A program made the position numbers and the translations under genes. This document shows positions 8,759 to 18,419 of a stretch of 64,000 nt of DNA, piece by piece. The notes under the pieces were generated by a model. The model did no database searches. It was given only the letters and a program-made list of their open reading frames with translations, and was not told where the DNA came from. The stretch lies in NCBI GenBank assembly GCA_963696035.1, contig CAVOIS010000006.1, positions 180,486-244,485 on the forward strand, in the 5' to 3' direction. This DNA comes from an uncultured Acidobacteriota bacterium. Lineage in GTDB: Bacteria; Acidobacteriota; Terriglobia; Acidiferrales; UBA7541. Every line of letters starts with the position of its first letter. Positions within the stretch are counted from its first letter, which is position 1.

Positions 8759-9835
8759 TTACAGGTAAGACTTGTCCGGCGACGCGACGTTGGCGCCGGA
8801 TAGCAGGGCGCTGTCGCTGTAGCCAGGCTTCACGATGATGTAGCTTTGTTCGCGGAGTTCGGCAAGGTAATCGCGCATGCGGGGCTGCATTTTCTGGGCG
8901 TGGATGGTGTTGCGGATGTCGGGTTCGACTTTGTCCATGGGCTGCAATCCCGCCTGGAGGTGATCTTCGACTTTCAGGACTTCGAATCCGGTGCGGGTCT
9001 GGATCACGTCGCTGATCTGGCCTTTGCTCATTTGGAAAACAGCCGTTTCGAGCTGTGGTGAGAGCTCTCCCCTTTTGAACGTACCGAGACCGCCGCCCTC
9101 CTTTGCGGTGCTGCCCTGGGAATAAAGCCGTGCGATCTGGTTGAAATCGTCGCCGTTGAGGACGCTGGTGCGCAGGCCCTCCGCTTTGCTGCGCACGGCA
9201 GCAGATTCTTCCGGGCTTTTTCCTTCGGTGCTTAGCGAAATTTCAGATAGCACTACGCGCTCGGGCAGCGTGAATTCCTGCAGGTGCGCTTCATAGTATT
9301 GCTTCACTTCGTCACTGGAGATGTCCACGTGCGAGCCGACTTCGCGCCGCACGAGTTCCTTCTGGAGTAGCCCGTTGCGAATGGTGGCCTTGTAATCTTC
9401 CCAAGTGAGGCCGGAAGCTTCGACGCCTTTTTGCAGATCGTCGAGGGTGGCGAGCCCGTTCTGCTGGCGCACTTCGTCGAGGCGCTTGGCCAGGTCTGAT
9501 TCGACGCTGATGCCCATGTCTTTGGCGCGTTGCACCATCAGCGACTGATCAATCATGCCGCGCAGCAAATCCTTCTGCTGCTCCTTGAACTGCGCGTCAA
9601 TCTGGTCCTGCGGGCAGCCCTGACAATCATGCGCTACTTCGTCGCGCAATTGCTGTTCGGCTTTCTGATAATCGGAGAGCGTGATGACGTCGTTGTTTAC
9701 GCGCGCGACGATGTCAGCGTCCGCCGCGGGCTTGGCTTGCGCGCGCACGCTCGGAGGAAGCAGCGCCGCGAGCAAAGTCAGCACGACGAGGGTCAAGATC
9801 AAGGCTAATCCCGATGCATGATCGCGATTTTTCAT
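8759..9835 (-). CDS. SurA-like periplasmic chaperone / parvulin-type peptidyl-prolyl isomerase
   Basis: Signal peptide (LALILTLVVLTLLAALLPPSVRAQA), SurA-N-like helical region, and PpiC rotamase domain FNQIARLYSQGSTAKEGGGLGTFKRGELSPQLETAVFQMSKGQISDVIQTRTGFEVLKV. Confidence 0.8.
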   Translation of the reverse strand: MKNRDHASGLALILTLVVLTLLAALLPPSVRAQAKPAADADIVARVNNDVITLSDYQKAEQQLRDEVAHDCQGCPQDQIDAQFKEQQKDLLRGMIDQSLMVQRAKDMGISVESDLAKRLDEVRQQNGLATLDDLQKGVEASGLTWEDYKATIRNGLLQKELVRREVGSHVDISSDEVKQYYEAHLQEFTLPERVVLSEISLSTEGKSPEESAAVRSKAEGLRTSVLNGDDFNQIARLYSQGSTAKEGGGLGTFKRGELSPQLETAVFQMSKGQISDVIQTRTGFEVLKVEDHLQAGLQPMDKVEPDIRNTIHAQKMQPRMRDYLAELREQSYIIVKPGYSDSALLSGANVASPDKSYL

Positions 9836-10007
9836 GGTGGTCGCCGCCTTAGATTTTGTCCACCACGATTGTAGCCGGAATTTGAGATTTAGACCTACGG
9901 ACGGTTGTAAACAGGCCGATTGTAACCGGGCATCTCCGATAGGGCGTTAATCCGGCAATGGCCAGCCTACCTACTGAGACAAGCTGAGATTTCAACTCGC
10001 AAAAGCG

Positions 10008-10434
10008 TTACAAAGTCGGCCGATCGTGAACTCTCACTTCTTTGGCGGCGGCAAGAACCTCAGCCACAACACGATCGATGTCTGAATTGGTAGGGCGGTG
10101 GTTAACGACACAAGCGCGCAGACAAAATCGCGATTGCAGAGTTGCGTTTGAGAGATAGATATTGCCGCGTTCCACGACGCGGCGAAGGATTTCGGAGTTT
10201 CAACGATTGAGATCGTCTTCCGCGTGTATGCCGCCAACGTATCGAAAACAGACGGCGCTCAGCTCGATCGGGGCCATCAACTGCAAATCGGGTGTTTCTG
10301 CGCGACAAGGCAGGAGCTATTTCCCTCCGAGCCGACAACCCGGGAGTCGAGTGACGAGAAGCGTGCTCATCAGTACCGATCAAGCTTGAGAGTCGGCGTT
10401 GGACACGACGGCAGTTCATGTCCGGAGGGCATGT
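10008..10434 (-). pseudogene. C-terminal remnant of a group II PLP-dependent decarboxylase
   Basis: My minus-strand reading: ..PCRAETPDLQLMAPIELSAVCFRYVGGIHAEDDLNR*NSEILRRVVERGNIYLSNATLQSRFCLRACVVNHRPTNSDIDRVVAEVLAAAKEV..*. This matches the C-terminal small-domain pattern (..vcFRy ... G...s.t...g...lR.cv.n..T...di). In-frame TGA at 10200-10202 and TAG at 10317-10319. The N-terminal two thirds are absent because the TetR gene abuts. Confidence 0.55.
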
Positions 10435-11019
10435 CTATGATGACCTCGCGCCGTAGCGCAGCCCGTCCACGAGCAGCGAAACCATGCGCCGAGCCTGTTC
10501 GGGTCCCTTAGCGTAAGCGTGCATGCACAAGCTTGCGACCGCACCCAAAAGATCCACGGCAACGATATCGGTACGGACCTCGCCGACAGCTGCCGCGGAC
10601 TCAAGAAGTTTCCGAAGCGCAGGTTCCAGTCGCTGCTGGAAGTACGCAGGCAAGGTGTCGAAGGCCGGGTCTCCCGAGTGCAGTGCCGTAGCGAGTCCGC
10701 GCTTGGCTGCGATAAAGTCCACGTAACGATGCATCCATCGCGCCAGCGCCTCGCCGGGCGCATGCTCGGCTGCTAGGGTCGCCGCAGCGTCTGCACATGC
10801 GTCAACCTCGTGACGGAAGACGGCCACGATAAGGTCCGAGCGCTGCGGAAAGTGGCGATAGATAGTTCCGATGCCCACGTCGGCCTTCTCAGCAATTTCT
10901 CGCACCGGCGCATCGACTCCGGAAGTCGCAAACACCGCCATAGCCGCCTGAAGCAACGATTCGATGTTGCGCTGCGCGTCGGCGCGCATGTGCCGACTCG
11001 CGCGGCCGCGACGCTTCAA
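10435..11019 (-). CDS. TetR/AcrR family transcriptional regulator
   Basis: N-terminal HTH ADAQRNIESLLQAAMAVFATSGVDAPVREIAEKADVGIGTIYRHFPQRSDLIVAVF, followed by a helical ligand-binding domain. Confidence 0.9.
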   Translation of the reverse strand: MKRRGRASRHMRADAQRNIESLLQAAMAVFATSGVDAPVREIAEKADVGIGTIYRHFPQRSDLIVAVFRHEVDACADAAATLAAEHAPGEALARWMHRYVDFIAAKRGLATALHSGDPAFDTLPAYFQQRLEPALRKLLESAAAVGEVRTDIVAVDLLGAVASLCMHAYAKGPEQARRMVSLLVDGLRYGARSS

Positions 11020-11066
11020 ACCATCACCTCGGTATTCCGTTTCTGGTACATGAAGTTACCCATTGC

Positions 11067-11110
11067 AAGCGGAACAATGTTCCAAATATAATTGGAACGC
11101 CGTTCCGCTT
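11067..11110. promoter_or_regulatory. 44-bp inverted repeat, candidate TetR operator overlapping a TATAAT box
   Basis: AAGCGGAACAATGTTCCAAATATAATTGGAACGCCGTTCCGCTT. It contains two 13-bp perfect palindromes (GGAACAATGTTCC, GGAACGCCGTTCC) within a larger inverted repeat, and TATAAT at 11087-11092. It sits in the 157-bp divergent tetR/SDR spacer. Confidence 0.6.
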
Positions 11111-11176
11111 ATGCTTCTCTTTATCTTTACACAGCTAGGCGGCATTGGCCACATCAATGCAAAAGAGGAGATTGCT

Positions 11177-11932
11177 ATGCAGAACAAACCCGTCGCCCTG
11201 GTCACCGGGGCTAATCAAGGAATCGGTCTTCAGATCGCAAAGGATCTCGTGGCACAGCGCTTCACTGTGCTGGTCGGGTCGCGCAATCTAGAGCGCGGCG
11301 AGGCTGCGGCCAAGGAGGTTGGGCCGGACGCACGCGCGCTCCAGCTCGACGTGACGGATCAGGCTTCGATCGCCGCCGCGGCGGAGCGCATCCGCAAGGA
11401 GCTTGGCCGCCTCGACGTGCTCGTCAACAACGCGGCCATCTCGAATACGAGTAAACTGCCGGGCATGTCCATCCAGGAGTACGCTAAGTTGACCCGCACG
11501 AGCAACGTGTCCCTCGATGAAATGCGCGCGGTGTGGGAGACCAACGTGTTCGGCGTCCTGGCCGTTACCCAGGCGATGCTGCCGCTCCTGCGCGAGGCGC
11601 CGGCAGCCCGCATCGTCAACGTGTCGAGTGGCGTTGGCTCGCTGACGCGGAACTCGGACCCGGCCTACGCCTACCGCTCGATCTTCGGCCCCGTCTACCC
11701 TGCGTCCAAGACGGCTCTCAACGCTATCACGCTCGCCATGGCCATCGAGCTGGAGTCAACCGGGATCAAGGTCAACGCCGCCTGCCCGGGCTACACCAAG
11801 ACGAACCTCAACAACTATACAGGCACGCGGACTGTTGAGGAGGGCGCCCGCGAGCCGGTGCGCCTCGCGCTCCTCGACGCGAACGGTCCGACGGGCACGT
11901 TCTCGAACGAGGACGGCCCGCTCCCGTGGTGA
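11177..11932 (+). CDS. SDR family oxidoreductase
   Basis: Start at ATG 11177 (AGAGGAG upstream). TGANQGIGLQ cofactor motif, NNAA, catalytic YPASK. Confidence 0.9.
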   Translation: MQNKPVALVTGANQGIGLQIAKDLVAQRFTVLVGSRNLERGEAAAKEVGPDARALQLDVTDQASIAAAAERIRKELGRLDVLVNNAAISNTSKLPGMSIQEYAKLTRTSNVSLDEMRAVWETNVFGVLAVTQAMLPLLREAPAARIVNVSSGVGSLTRNSDPAYAYRSIFGPVYPASKTALNAITLAMAIELESTGIKVNAACPGYTKTNLNNYTGTRTVEEGAREPVRLALLDANGPTGTFSNEDGPLPW

Positions 11933-12189
11933 TGTGGTCTCGCGTGCGCGATCGAAGAAGTCGTCGGGCCAGCTCTAAAGGGCCGCCGCGACAACATCGT
12001 GATGGCCGCCGAAGCGCACATGCCGATGGGTTAAGACTCGAACCAGCGGGGCAATTCGCGCCGCTCGTATAAATCCACCGTTTCCTAGAGTGGGTAGTTC
12101 GTGGCTCCTATGAGGCGGATCGGCAGTCGGTCGCGGGCTGACAACCCGCCTAACCCACCTTCCGCAGCCTGATGTGATTTGAATATTTT

Positions 12190-14005
12190 TTGAGCACATT
12201 TTCGGAGTAATTCGAATCTAGAGATTTCTTAACCTTCCTATCCTCAGTACGAGTCCTCAGGAAATATTGCGTGTCCTGCGAAAAAGTCTTTGTAGTGAAG
12301 ACCAACTCTCTTGAAAGTGGAGTGGCCATGCGTAGGATCGATGCATGTACTTGCGTCGCTGCTATCGCAACAAGGATGGCAAGCGCCATGGCTACTGGGC
12401 GCTGGTCGAGAGTTATCGTTCGTCGCGAGGTCCACGGCAGCGCGTGGTGGCCTACCTCGGTGAGATGGATGCGGCCGGCCGTCTGGGCATTCAGCAACAG
12501 GCGGCAGGTGCTGCCACGATTGCTCAGCGCGGATTATTCCAGGACATAGAGCCGCAGTGGGTGGAAGTCGATCTGAAGCGGATCGCTATCGAACGGAAGC
12601 GTGCCTTTGGCGGTCCCTGGCTGGGGCTGGAGTTGTGCCGGCAAGTGGGGCTGGTCGATTTTCTGGAACAGACCTTGCCAACGGGACGAGAAGAGATTTC
12701 CTGGCCGGTGATGGCACAGATCCTGATGCTGGCACGACTCTGTGAGCCCTCGAGCGAGTTGCAGATCGCGGAACGTTTCTATGAAGCCAGTGCGTTAAGC
12801 GATTTGCTAGGCGTGCCTGCTAACAAGGTAAATGAAGACCGACTCTACCGCTCTCTGGATCGACTCCTGCCGCATAAGGAAGAGCTGGAAAAACATCTGA
12901 AGAATCGCCTGGGAGAACTATTCGATCTGGACTACGACCTGTTGTTGTACGACGTCACCAGTACGTACTTTGAAGGCGAGGCCAAGCGGAACCAACTGGC
13001 TCAGCGGGGTTATTCGCGCGATCACCGCCCCGACTGCAAGCAGGTAAACATTGCTCTGGTGGTAAGCCGCGAAGGAATGCCCTTGGGCTACCAGTTGTTC
13101 ACGGGGAACCGCAACGATGCGGTTTTTGAAAGCAGCCAAGCGACGGTACATCGTGGGGACACCGAAGGGCATGCTGAAACGGTTCGAGGGAGAACTGCGC
13201 GCCCAAGACTGGAATCAAGTGCGGGAAGGTCTGGAGGTGAGGTTGTGTCCGGCCCCTGGTGGGGAAGAAGTATTCCTTCTGTGCCGGAGTGCGCAGAGGA
13301 AACAGAAAGAGCAGGCCATGCATGAGCGCTTTGAAAACCGCATCGAGGAGGGGCTGGAAAAGATCGTGGCCAGCTGCGCAAAGCGCCAACAACTGCCGGC
13401 CGCTGTGGGGCAGCGGGTGGGGCGATTATTGGGCAAGAACTCGCGGGCAGCAGGAGCGTTTGCGGTCAAGATCGATCCCGATACAAACGGCTTTGCGAAG
13501 TGTCAGTGGAAAAGAATCGATCGCTGGCGGGAGTGGGCACAACTCAGTGAGGGTTGTTATGTGTTGCGCAGCAACGTGACGGACTGGAGCCCAGAAGAAC
13601 TCTGGCGTGCCTACATGCAGCTGACCGAGGCCGAGGCCGCGTTCCGCATCCAGAAGACGGATTTGCAACTGCGACCGATCTGGCACCAGAAACAAGAGCG
13701 GGTGGAAGCGCACATCCTGGTGTGCTTTCTGGCCTTTGTGTTGTGGAAGACGCTGGCGCAACTTTGCCAACGCGCTGGGTTGGGCAACGAACCACGAAAA
13801 GTATTCCAGGAGTTGGCGGACATCACCCTGGTCGACGTCGTGTTACCAACGCGCAGCGGAGTAATCATCCGCAAGCGCTGCATCAGTCGACCGACCGAGC
13901 ACCAGGCGACACTGTTGCAACACCTGAATCTACATCTCCCCAACTCGCAGGAAATGACCCAAGTGTAGTGAAGACTCCGGTATGTCCGTGTTGAAAACAC
14001 AGGTA
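12190..14005 (+). mobile_element. IS1634-family insertion sequence, degenerate (ends approximate)
   Basis: Contains the split transposase below. Only weak terminal similarity was seen (TTTTGAGCAC..TTTTCGGAGT at about 12186-12210 versus the reverse complement of 13975-14005), so the boundaries are uncertain. Confidence 0.55.
12345..13968 (+). pseudogene. IS1634-family DDE transposase with internal deletion/frameshift
   Basis: ORF 12345..13325 begins MYLRRCYRNKDGKRHGYWALVESYRSSRGPRQRVVAYLG and includes LLLYDVTSTYFEG ... GYSRDHRPDCKQVNIALVV ... GNRND. The reading then continues only in the +1 frame (13117..13968: FLKAAKRRYIVGTPK ... WSPEELWRAYMQLTEAEAAFRIQKTDLQLRPIWHQKQERVEAHILVCFLAF). The expected middle block with the second catalytic Asp (..DRG..) is missing at about 13117-13125. 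Confidence 0.75.
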
Positions 14006-14143
14006 TTTATTCTTCAAACTGCGGAACTTGGGCTAACAGCGTTGGGAAGGCCGATCTGGCGATTAATCATCTACGTTTTGTCACGACACAGTTCCTTCGA
14101 CGGAATAAAATACCGCTCCTTGAGTGGGTATCATAAGGGGCCA

Positions 14144-15004
14144 TTACGACCTGGGAATCAAGTGGCTGAAGATTTTCCAGTACGAAATCGGCGCCAGGCG
14201 TTCGAGGAATGCCAGAAACTTTGCGTCGTTGCCGACCAGCACACGCGGCGAGCGGCGCTCGATGCCCTTCACGATAATTTCGCCGGCGGCTGCGGGCGGC
14301 ATCCGCAGCGCTTTTTTCGCGATAGCTTTGAGCTCTGCGACTTCTTCCGGAGGCATGCCCTTGGGTAATCGAGCGTTATCTGCAATCGAAGTTGCGACGC
14401 CGCCCGGGTGAACGACCGTAACCCCGACTTTCGAACCCGCGAGTTCGTGCCGCAGTGAATTCGAAAATCCGCGCACGGCGAACTTGCTTGCCGAGTAGGC
14501 CGTTTGCCCGGGCGGCGAGATCAGTCCGTAAACACTTGAAAGATTCACCAGGCGTGCGTCATCGCTTTGTTGCAACAGAGGCAGAAACGCCCGGGTCATG
14601 CGCACCACGCCCCAGAAGTTAATTTCGAACAACCACTCGAAATCTTCCTCGCTGACCGCTTCGAACGTGCCGCCGATGGCGACCCCGGCGTTGTTAACGA
14701 GGATGTCCACCCGGGGATGGGCAGCGATCACAACTTGTGGAAACGCTGCCACCGCACGACAATCTGCAACGTCAATATGATGTTGGCTGATGCGCAGCGC
14801 GCTCCGCGAAGCGGTCAGGTTTGTTGCATCCTTTTGAGCTAATTGTGCCATACGCGCCGTTTCTGATAGTCCCGCGTCATTCACGTCAGCGAGCGCGAGG
14901 CTGCAGCCACGGCGAGCGAGCGATACGGCAATGGCACGGCCGATGCCGCTGGCAGAGCCGGTGATCACCGCCGTGCGGTTCTCAAGGTTCATTGCGCTAG
15001 TCAT
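14144..15004 (-). CDS. SDR family oxidoreductase
   Basis: TGSASGIGRA, NNAG, YSASK motifs. Confidence 0.9.
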   Translation of the reverse strand: MTSAMNLENRTAVITGSASGIGRAIAVSLARRGCSLALADVNDAGLSETARMAQLAQKDATNLTASRSALRISQHHIDVADCRAVAAFPQVVIAAHPRVDILVNNAGVAIGGTFEAVSEEDFEWLFEINFWGVVRMTRAFLPLLQQSDDARLVNLSSVYGLISPPGQTAYSASKFAVRGFSNSLRHELAGSKVGVTVVHPGGVATSIADNARLPKGMPPEEVAELKAIAKKALRMPPAAAGEIIVKGIERRSPRVLVGNDAKFLAFLERLAPISYWKIFSHLIPRS

Positions 15005-15077
15005 AATCTCCCGCCCACGAGCAAGTGCAGGCTATTGTCAATTTCTTCAGGCGCATGACTCTACCCTGGGTTGCGAT

Positions 15078-15890
15078 CTAAGTCGCGGAGGGTTGGACAT
15101 GGCCATGCTGGGTGGCGAGATATTCCAAAATCGCGTGGTTTGCTACGGCGGGCTGGTCGGTCTCGAAAATGTGGCTGGCGCGAGCAATCAGCACCAGCTT
15201 GGCGTGAGGGATACGTTTAGAGATTAGCCGGCCATTTGTGGGCGGAATGAGCATGTCGGTCTCGCCGTGAAGGACCATCGTTGGAGCCGTTATTTGCGCG
15301 ATACGGCTGTAGGCCTCCCAACCGATAATCCCTTGTAGTTGACCTATATATCCTTGTGCAGTGGGATACCACTTCATGCGGATGGCCATATCTTCATCGA
15401 TTCGCTCGCGCAGCGTGCCAGAGTCGTAGATGAATGGGATGATGGCCTCCTTTGCTTCTTCCGGGGTCATACCTTGGCGCATTAGAACTTCAAGAACTTT
15501 GGGTTCGGCCTGCACTGCATGGGGGCCGCCTGCAGCAGTACAACCCAAAATCAGCGAACGCACGCGCTTCGGATATTGCAAGGCGAATTCCTGCGCGATC
15601 ATGCCCCCCATTGAAACACCGAATACATGCGCGCTCTGGACGTCCGCAGCATCGAGGACGGCGGCTGCGTCGGAGGCCATCAATGCGATGGAATAAACGC
15701 CGGGGGGTACGTCGCTTTGTCCCACGCCGCGATTATCCAGAGCGATCGTGCGATAGGTTTGAGCAAGAACTGGGCGGGTGCGATGCCACATGTAAGATGG
15801 ATAGCTCAGGCCCATGATGAGCAGCAAAGGTTCGCCAGCACCTTCTTCATCCCAGTAAATTTTGGCGCCTTGATTTTCAACAAACGGCAT
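15078..15890 (-). CDS. alpha/beta-fold hydrolase (esterase/lactonase-type)
   Basis: GEPLLLIMGLS ... DNRGVGQSD, nucleophile elbow GVSMGG, C-terminal ASHIF histidine region. Confidence 0.9.
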   Translation of the reverse strand: MPFVENQGAKIYWDEEGAGEPLLLIMGLSYPSYMWHRTRPVLAQTYRTIALDNRGVGQSDVPPGVYSIALMASDAAAVLDAADVQSAHVFGVSMGGMIAQEFALQYPKRVRSLILGCTAAGGPHAVQAEPKVLEVLMRQGMTPEEAKEAIIPFIYDSGTLRERIDEDMAIRMKWYPTAQGYIGQLQGIIGWEAYSRIAQITAPTMVLHGETDMLIPPTNGRLISKRIPHAKLVLIARASHIFETDQPAVANHAILEYLATQHGHVQPSAT

Positions 15891-15947
15891 GAATGCTCCG
15901 AGTGCCCAAGATATTAGACCCCGGCGGGGTGGAGAAAATCATTCAAA

Positions 15948-17504
15948 TCAGATAGTGACCCAGGGATGAACGTTGCTAATGCGCCCGCCATCGTAAGCTT
16001 CCGACGCTCGCAGAAAATTCATGGTCCCGTCTGTTACCGACCCAAGCGTAAAGGAGGCCAGGTCTTTGACATAATTCTGGTGCACTCTCCACGGCGTTTT
16101 CTGTCCCTGCCTGGGCAGCACGCCATCGGCACGGCGAACATAGCCGGAACTAAAATCGACCAAAGGCTCGGGGTTGATTGAAGGATCCGGAAGACTCGGC
16201 ACACATACCGACCATCCCTTACGATCCATATATTTGAGCAACCGGCAGACAAAACGCGCCGTGAGATCACACCTCAGCGTCCAGGAATTATTCGTATACC
16301 CAAAGGCGAACGCTAGATTCGGAATACCGCTGAACATTGCGCCTTTGTATACCAGCTTTTCGTAAAATTTGGCCGGCACGCCATCAATGAGAATGTCAGC
16401 CCCGCCCATCAGCTCCACGACGAGGCCTGTCGCGGAAACGATGATATCCGCCGGCAATGTTGTGCCGGAGCTTAAACGGATGCCGGACTCCACAACTTCT
16501 GCGATCGTGTCGGTGACGATCTCGACTCGGCCGGAGCGGATCGCGGCAAACAGGTCGCCGTCGGGCACCAGGCATATACGCTGGTCCCATGGGTTATAGC
16601 GCGGCGTAAAATGCCGCTTGACGTCGTAATCGGGATGAAGCTGTCGCTTGACCCCCTTGATGATCAGGCCCTTCATCTTCTCTGGTTTGGTGCGCGCGAG
16701 GTGAAACATGGTGATGCTGTACAGCACGTTCTTCCATTTTGTGAGTTTCGCGGCAAGCCTTTTTGGCAAATGCCGATACATCCAGATGGCCTTTGCGTCC
16801 TTGCTCGGGCGGGTAACGACATAGCTGGGAGAGCGCTGCAGCATCGTCACATGGGCGGCATCCTTGGCCAGCGCCGGAACCAGCGTCACCGCCGTAGCGC
16901 CGCTTCCAATGACAATGATTCGCTTGCCCGCATAGTCGAGGGCCTCGGGCCACTCCTGTGGATGCAAGAACCGCCCCTGAAACCGTTTCATACCCGCAAA
17001 CTCCGGGCTGAAGCCTTTTTCGTAACTGTAATAACCACTGCACATATAAAGGAAGCTGCAGACCAGTCGCACGATCGGTCCATCTTTGGTCTGCGCCTCG
17101 ACCGTCCAGCGCGCGTCGGCTGAAGACCAGGAAGCTCGAATCATCCGATGTCCCAGTCTGATGTGGCGGTCGATGCCATAGTGTGTCGCGGTCTCGCGGA
17201 TATAATTCCAGATGGCAGGCCCACCTGCGATCGCCTCGTCCGCCTGCCATGGCCGAAAAGGAAATCCGAGGGTGTGCATATCAGAATCGGAGCGCACGCC
17301 TGGATAGCGAAAAAGGTCCCAGGTTCCGCCGATTGCGTCGCGCGCCTCGAGAATCGCGTAGGTCTTTCCGGGAAAGGCGGCCTGCAAATGGTAAGCAGCA
17401 TCAATACCCGATATTCCGGCGCCAACGATCAGTATGTCGAGACGTTCTTGTGATTCCATCGGCATGTCTGTCTCGTTCGCGTGTCGGGCGCGCCGCTTTA
17501 GCAT
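15948..17504 (-). CDS. type I Baeyer-Villiger / flavin-containing monooxygenase
   Basis: Two Rossmann motifs (GAGISG, GSGATA) and the BVMO fingerprint FxGxxxHxxxWP, present as FQGRFLHPQEWP. Alternative start ATG 17465 (MPMESQ). Confidence 0.85.
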   Translation of the reverse strand: MLKRRARHANETDMPMESQERLDILIVGAGISGIDAAYHLQAAFPGKTYAILEARDAIGGTWDLFRYPGVRSDSDMHTLGFPFRPWQADEAIAGGPAIWNYIRETATHYGIDRHIRLGHRMIRASWSSADARWTVEAQTKDGPIVRLVCSFLYMCSGYYSYEKGFSPEFAGMKRFQGRFLHPQEWPEALDYAGKRIIVIGSGATAVTLVPALAKDAAHVTMLQRSPSYVVTRPSKDAKAIWMYRHLPKRLAAKLTKWKNVLYSITMFHLARTKPEKMKGLIIKGVKRQLHPDYDVKRHFTPRYNPWDQRICLVPDGDLFAAIRSGRVEIVTDTIAEVVESGIRLSSGTTLPADIIVSATGLVVELMGGADILIDGVPAKFYEKLVYKGAMFSGIPNLAFAFGYTNNSWTLRCDLTARFVCRLLKYMDRKGWSVCVPSLPDPSINPEPLVDFSSGYVRRADGVLPRQGQKTPWRVHQNYVKDLASFTLGSVTDGTMNFLRASEAYDGGRISNVHPWVTI

Positions 17505-17556
17505 TAGAGCGAAGCCGTTGCCGCGTTAACTTAGTACCCCTCCAGCAGCAAGCGAA

Positions 17557-18333
17557 CTATTCAAGCAGATTAGGCTCGTCCCGGATGATACGCGCGAGCA
17601 GCGGTTGAAACTGGAACCATCCCGCGAGATGGTTTCCGACTTGCTCCCTCGTTGCAATTGCGGTGGCATGATCGATCTTCACCGGTACACCTGCCGCCTC
17701 TGCGAGCAACTGCGCCTGACAACTACGGTCCATGGTGATGAACCACCACGCCGCTTCCTCGACACAGTGGCCAACGGTGATCAATCCGTGATTGCGCAGA
17801 ATCGCAGCTTTGTGCTGTCCGAGAGCCTGCGCGATCCGCTCACCTTCCGACGTTTCATAGACCACGCCGGTGAACTCCGCGAACAGTCCGTGGTCCTCGT
17901 AAAACGCGCAGGCATCCTGCGTGATAGGGTCCAGCAGCCGCCCGAGCGACGCCCAGGATTTCCCGTACATCGAATGCGCATGCGCCGCCGCGATCACGTC
18001 GGGACGTGCGGCGTGTACCTGAGAGTGGATCGCAAAGGCCGCTCCATTAACCGGATAATTTCCTTCCACGACTTCGCCGCGATGATTCACCAGAATCAGG
18101 TCGGACGCGCGAATTTGGCTGAAGTGCATCCCGAATGGATTCACCCAGAAGTGGTCGAGTCGTTCCGGATCGCGTGCGGTGATGTGTCCCGCCACTCCTT
18201 CATCGAATCCGAAACGCGAAAAAAGACGGAATGCGGCGGCCAACATGCGTTTGCGATGCAAGCGCTCTTCGGCAACGGTGGCAAACACAGGCGGCCGCGG
18301 AATGTTCAGTACATTTGCGGGCGCTCCGGCCAT
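17557..18333 (-). CDS. class II aldolase/adducin family protein
   Basis: GHITARDP ... FAIHSQVHAARPDVIAAAHAHSMYG ... LRNHGLITVG pattern. Confidence 0.85.
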   Translation of the reverse strand: MAGAPANVLNIPRPPVFATVAEERLHRKRMLAAAFRLFSRFGFDEGVAGHITARDPERLDHFWVNPFGMHFSQIRASDLILVNHRGEVVEGNYPVNGAAFAIHSQVHAARPDVIAAAHAHSMYGKSWASLGRLLDPITQDACAFYEDHGLFAEFTGVVYETSEGERIAQALGQHKAAILRNHGLITVGHCVEEAAWWFITMDRSCQAQLLAEAAGVPVKIDHATAIATREQVGNHLAGWFQFQPLLARIIRDEPNLLE

Positions 18334-18419
18334 TTAGACCTCCCGGTTCCTGACTTGGCACAGCGTCCGCGATTATATACAATCACCCGCCGCGTTAGTC
18401 ACAGTCATCTATAAGCGAC

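Noticed and set aside
9850-9935. Triple CGATTGTA(G/A)CCGG / GGTTGTAAACAGG motif upstream of the SurA-like gene, as a regulator site.
   Set aside because: The match is short and imperfect. On the coding strand the motifs read as TACAAT-like -10 candidates, which is a sufficient explanation.
10200-10202. In-frame TGA of the decarboxylase remnant as a selenocysteine codon.
   Set aside because: A second in-frame TAG follows upstream, the N-terminal two thirds of the gene are missing, and no SECIS-like hairpin was noticed.
12020-12150. tRNA-like pieces next to the IS. On the minus strand there is a GGTTCGAGTC (T-loop-like) string with partly complementary acceptor-like ends (GCCGATC / CATCGGC). 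On the plus strand there is an anticodon-arm-like hairpin, GCGGG-CTGACAA-CCCGC.
   Set aside because: No cloverleaf can be folded. The T-stem arms are not complementary (GCTGG versus CTTAA), and the spacing is about 105 nt. The hairpin has no D or T arms around it. At most this is debris of a former tRNA/att site.
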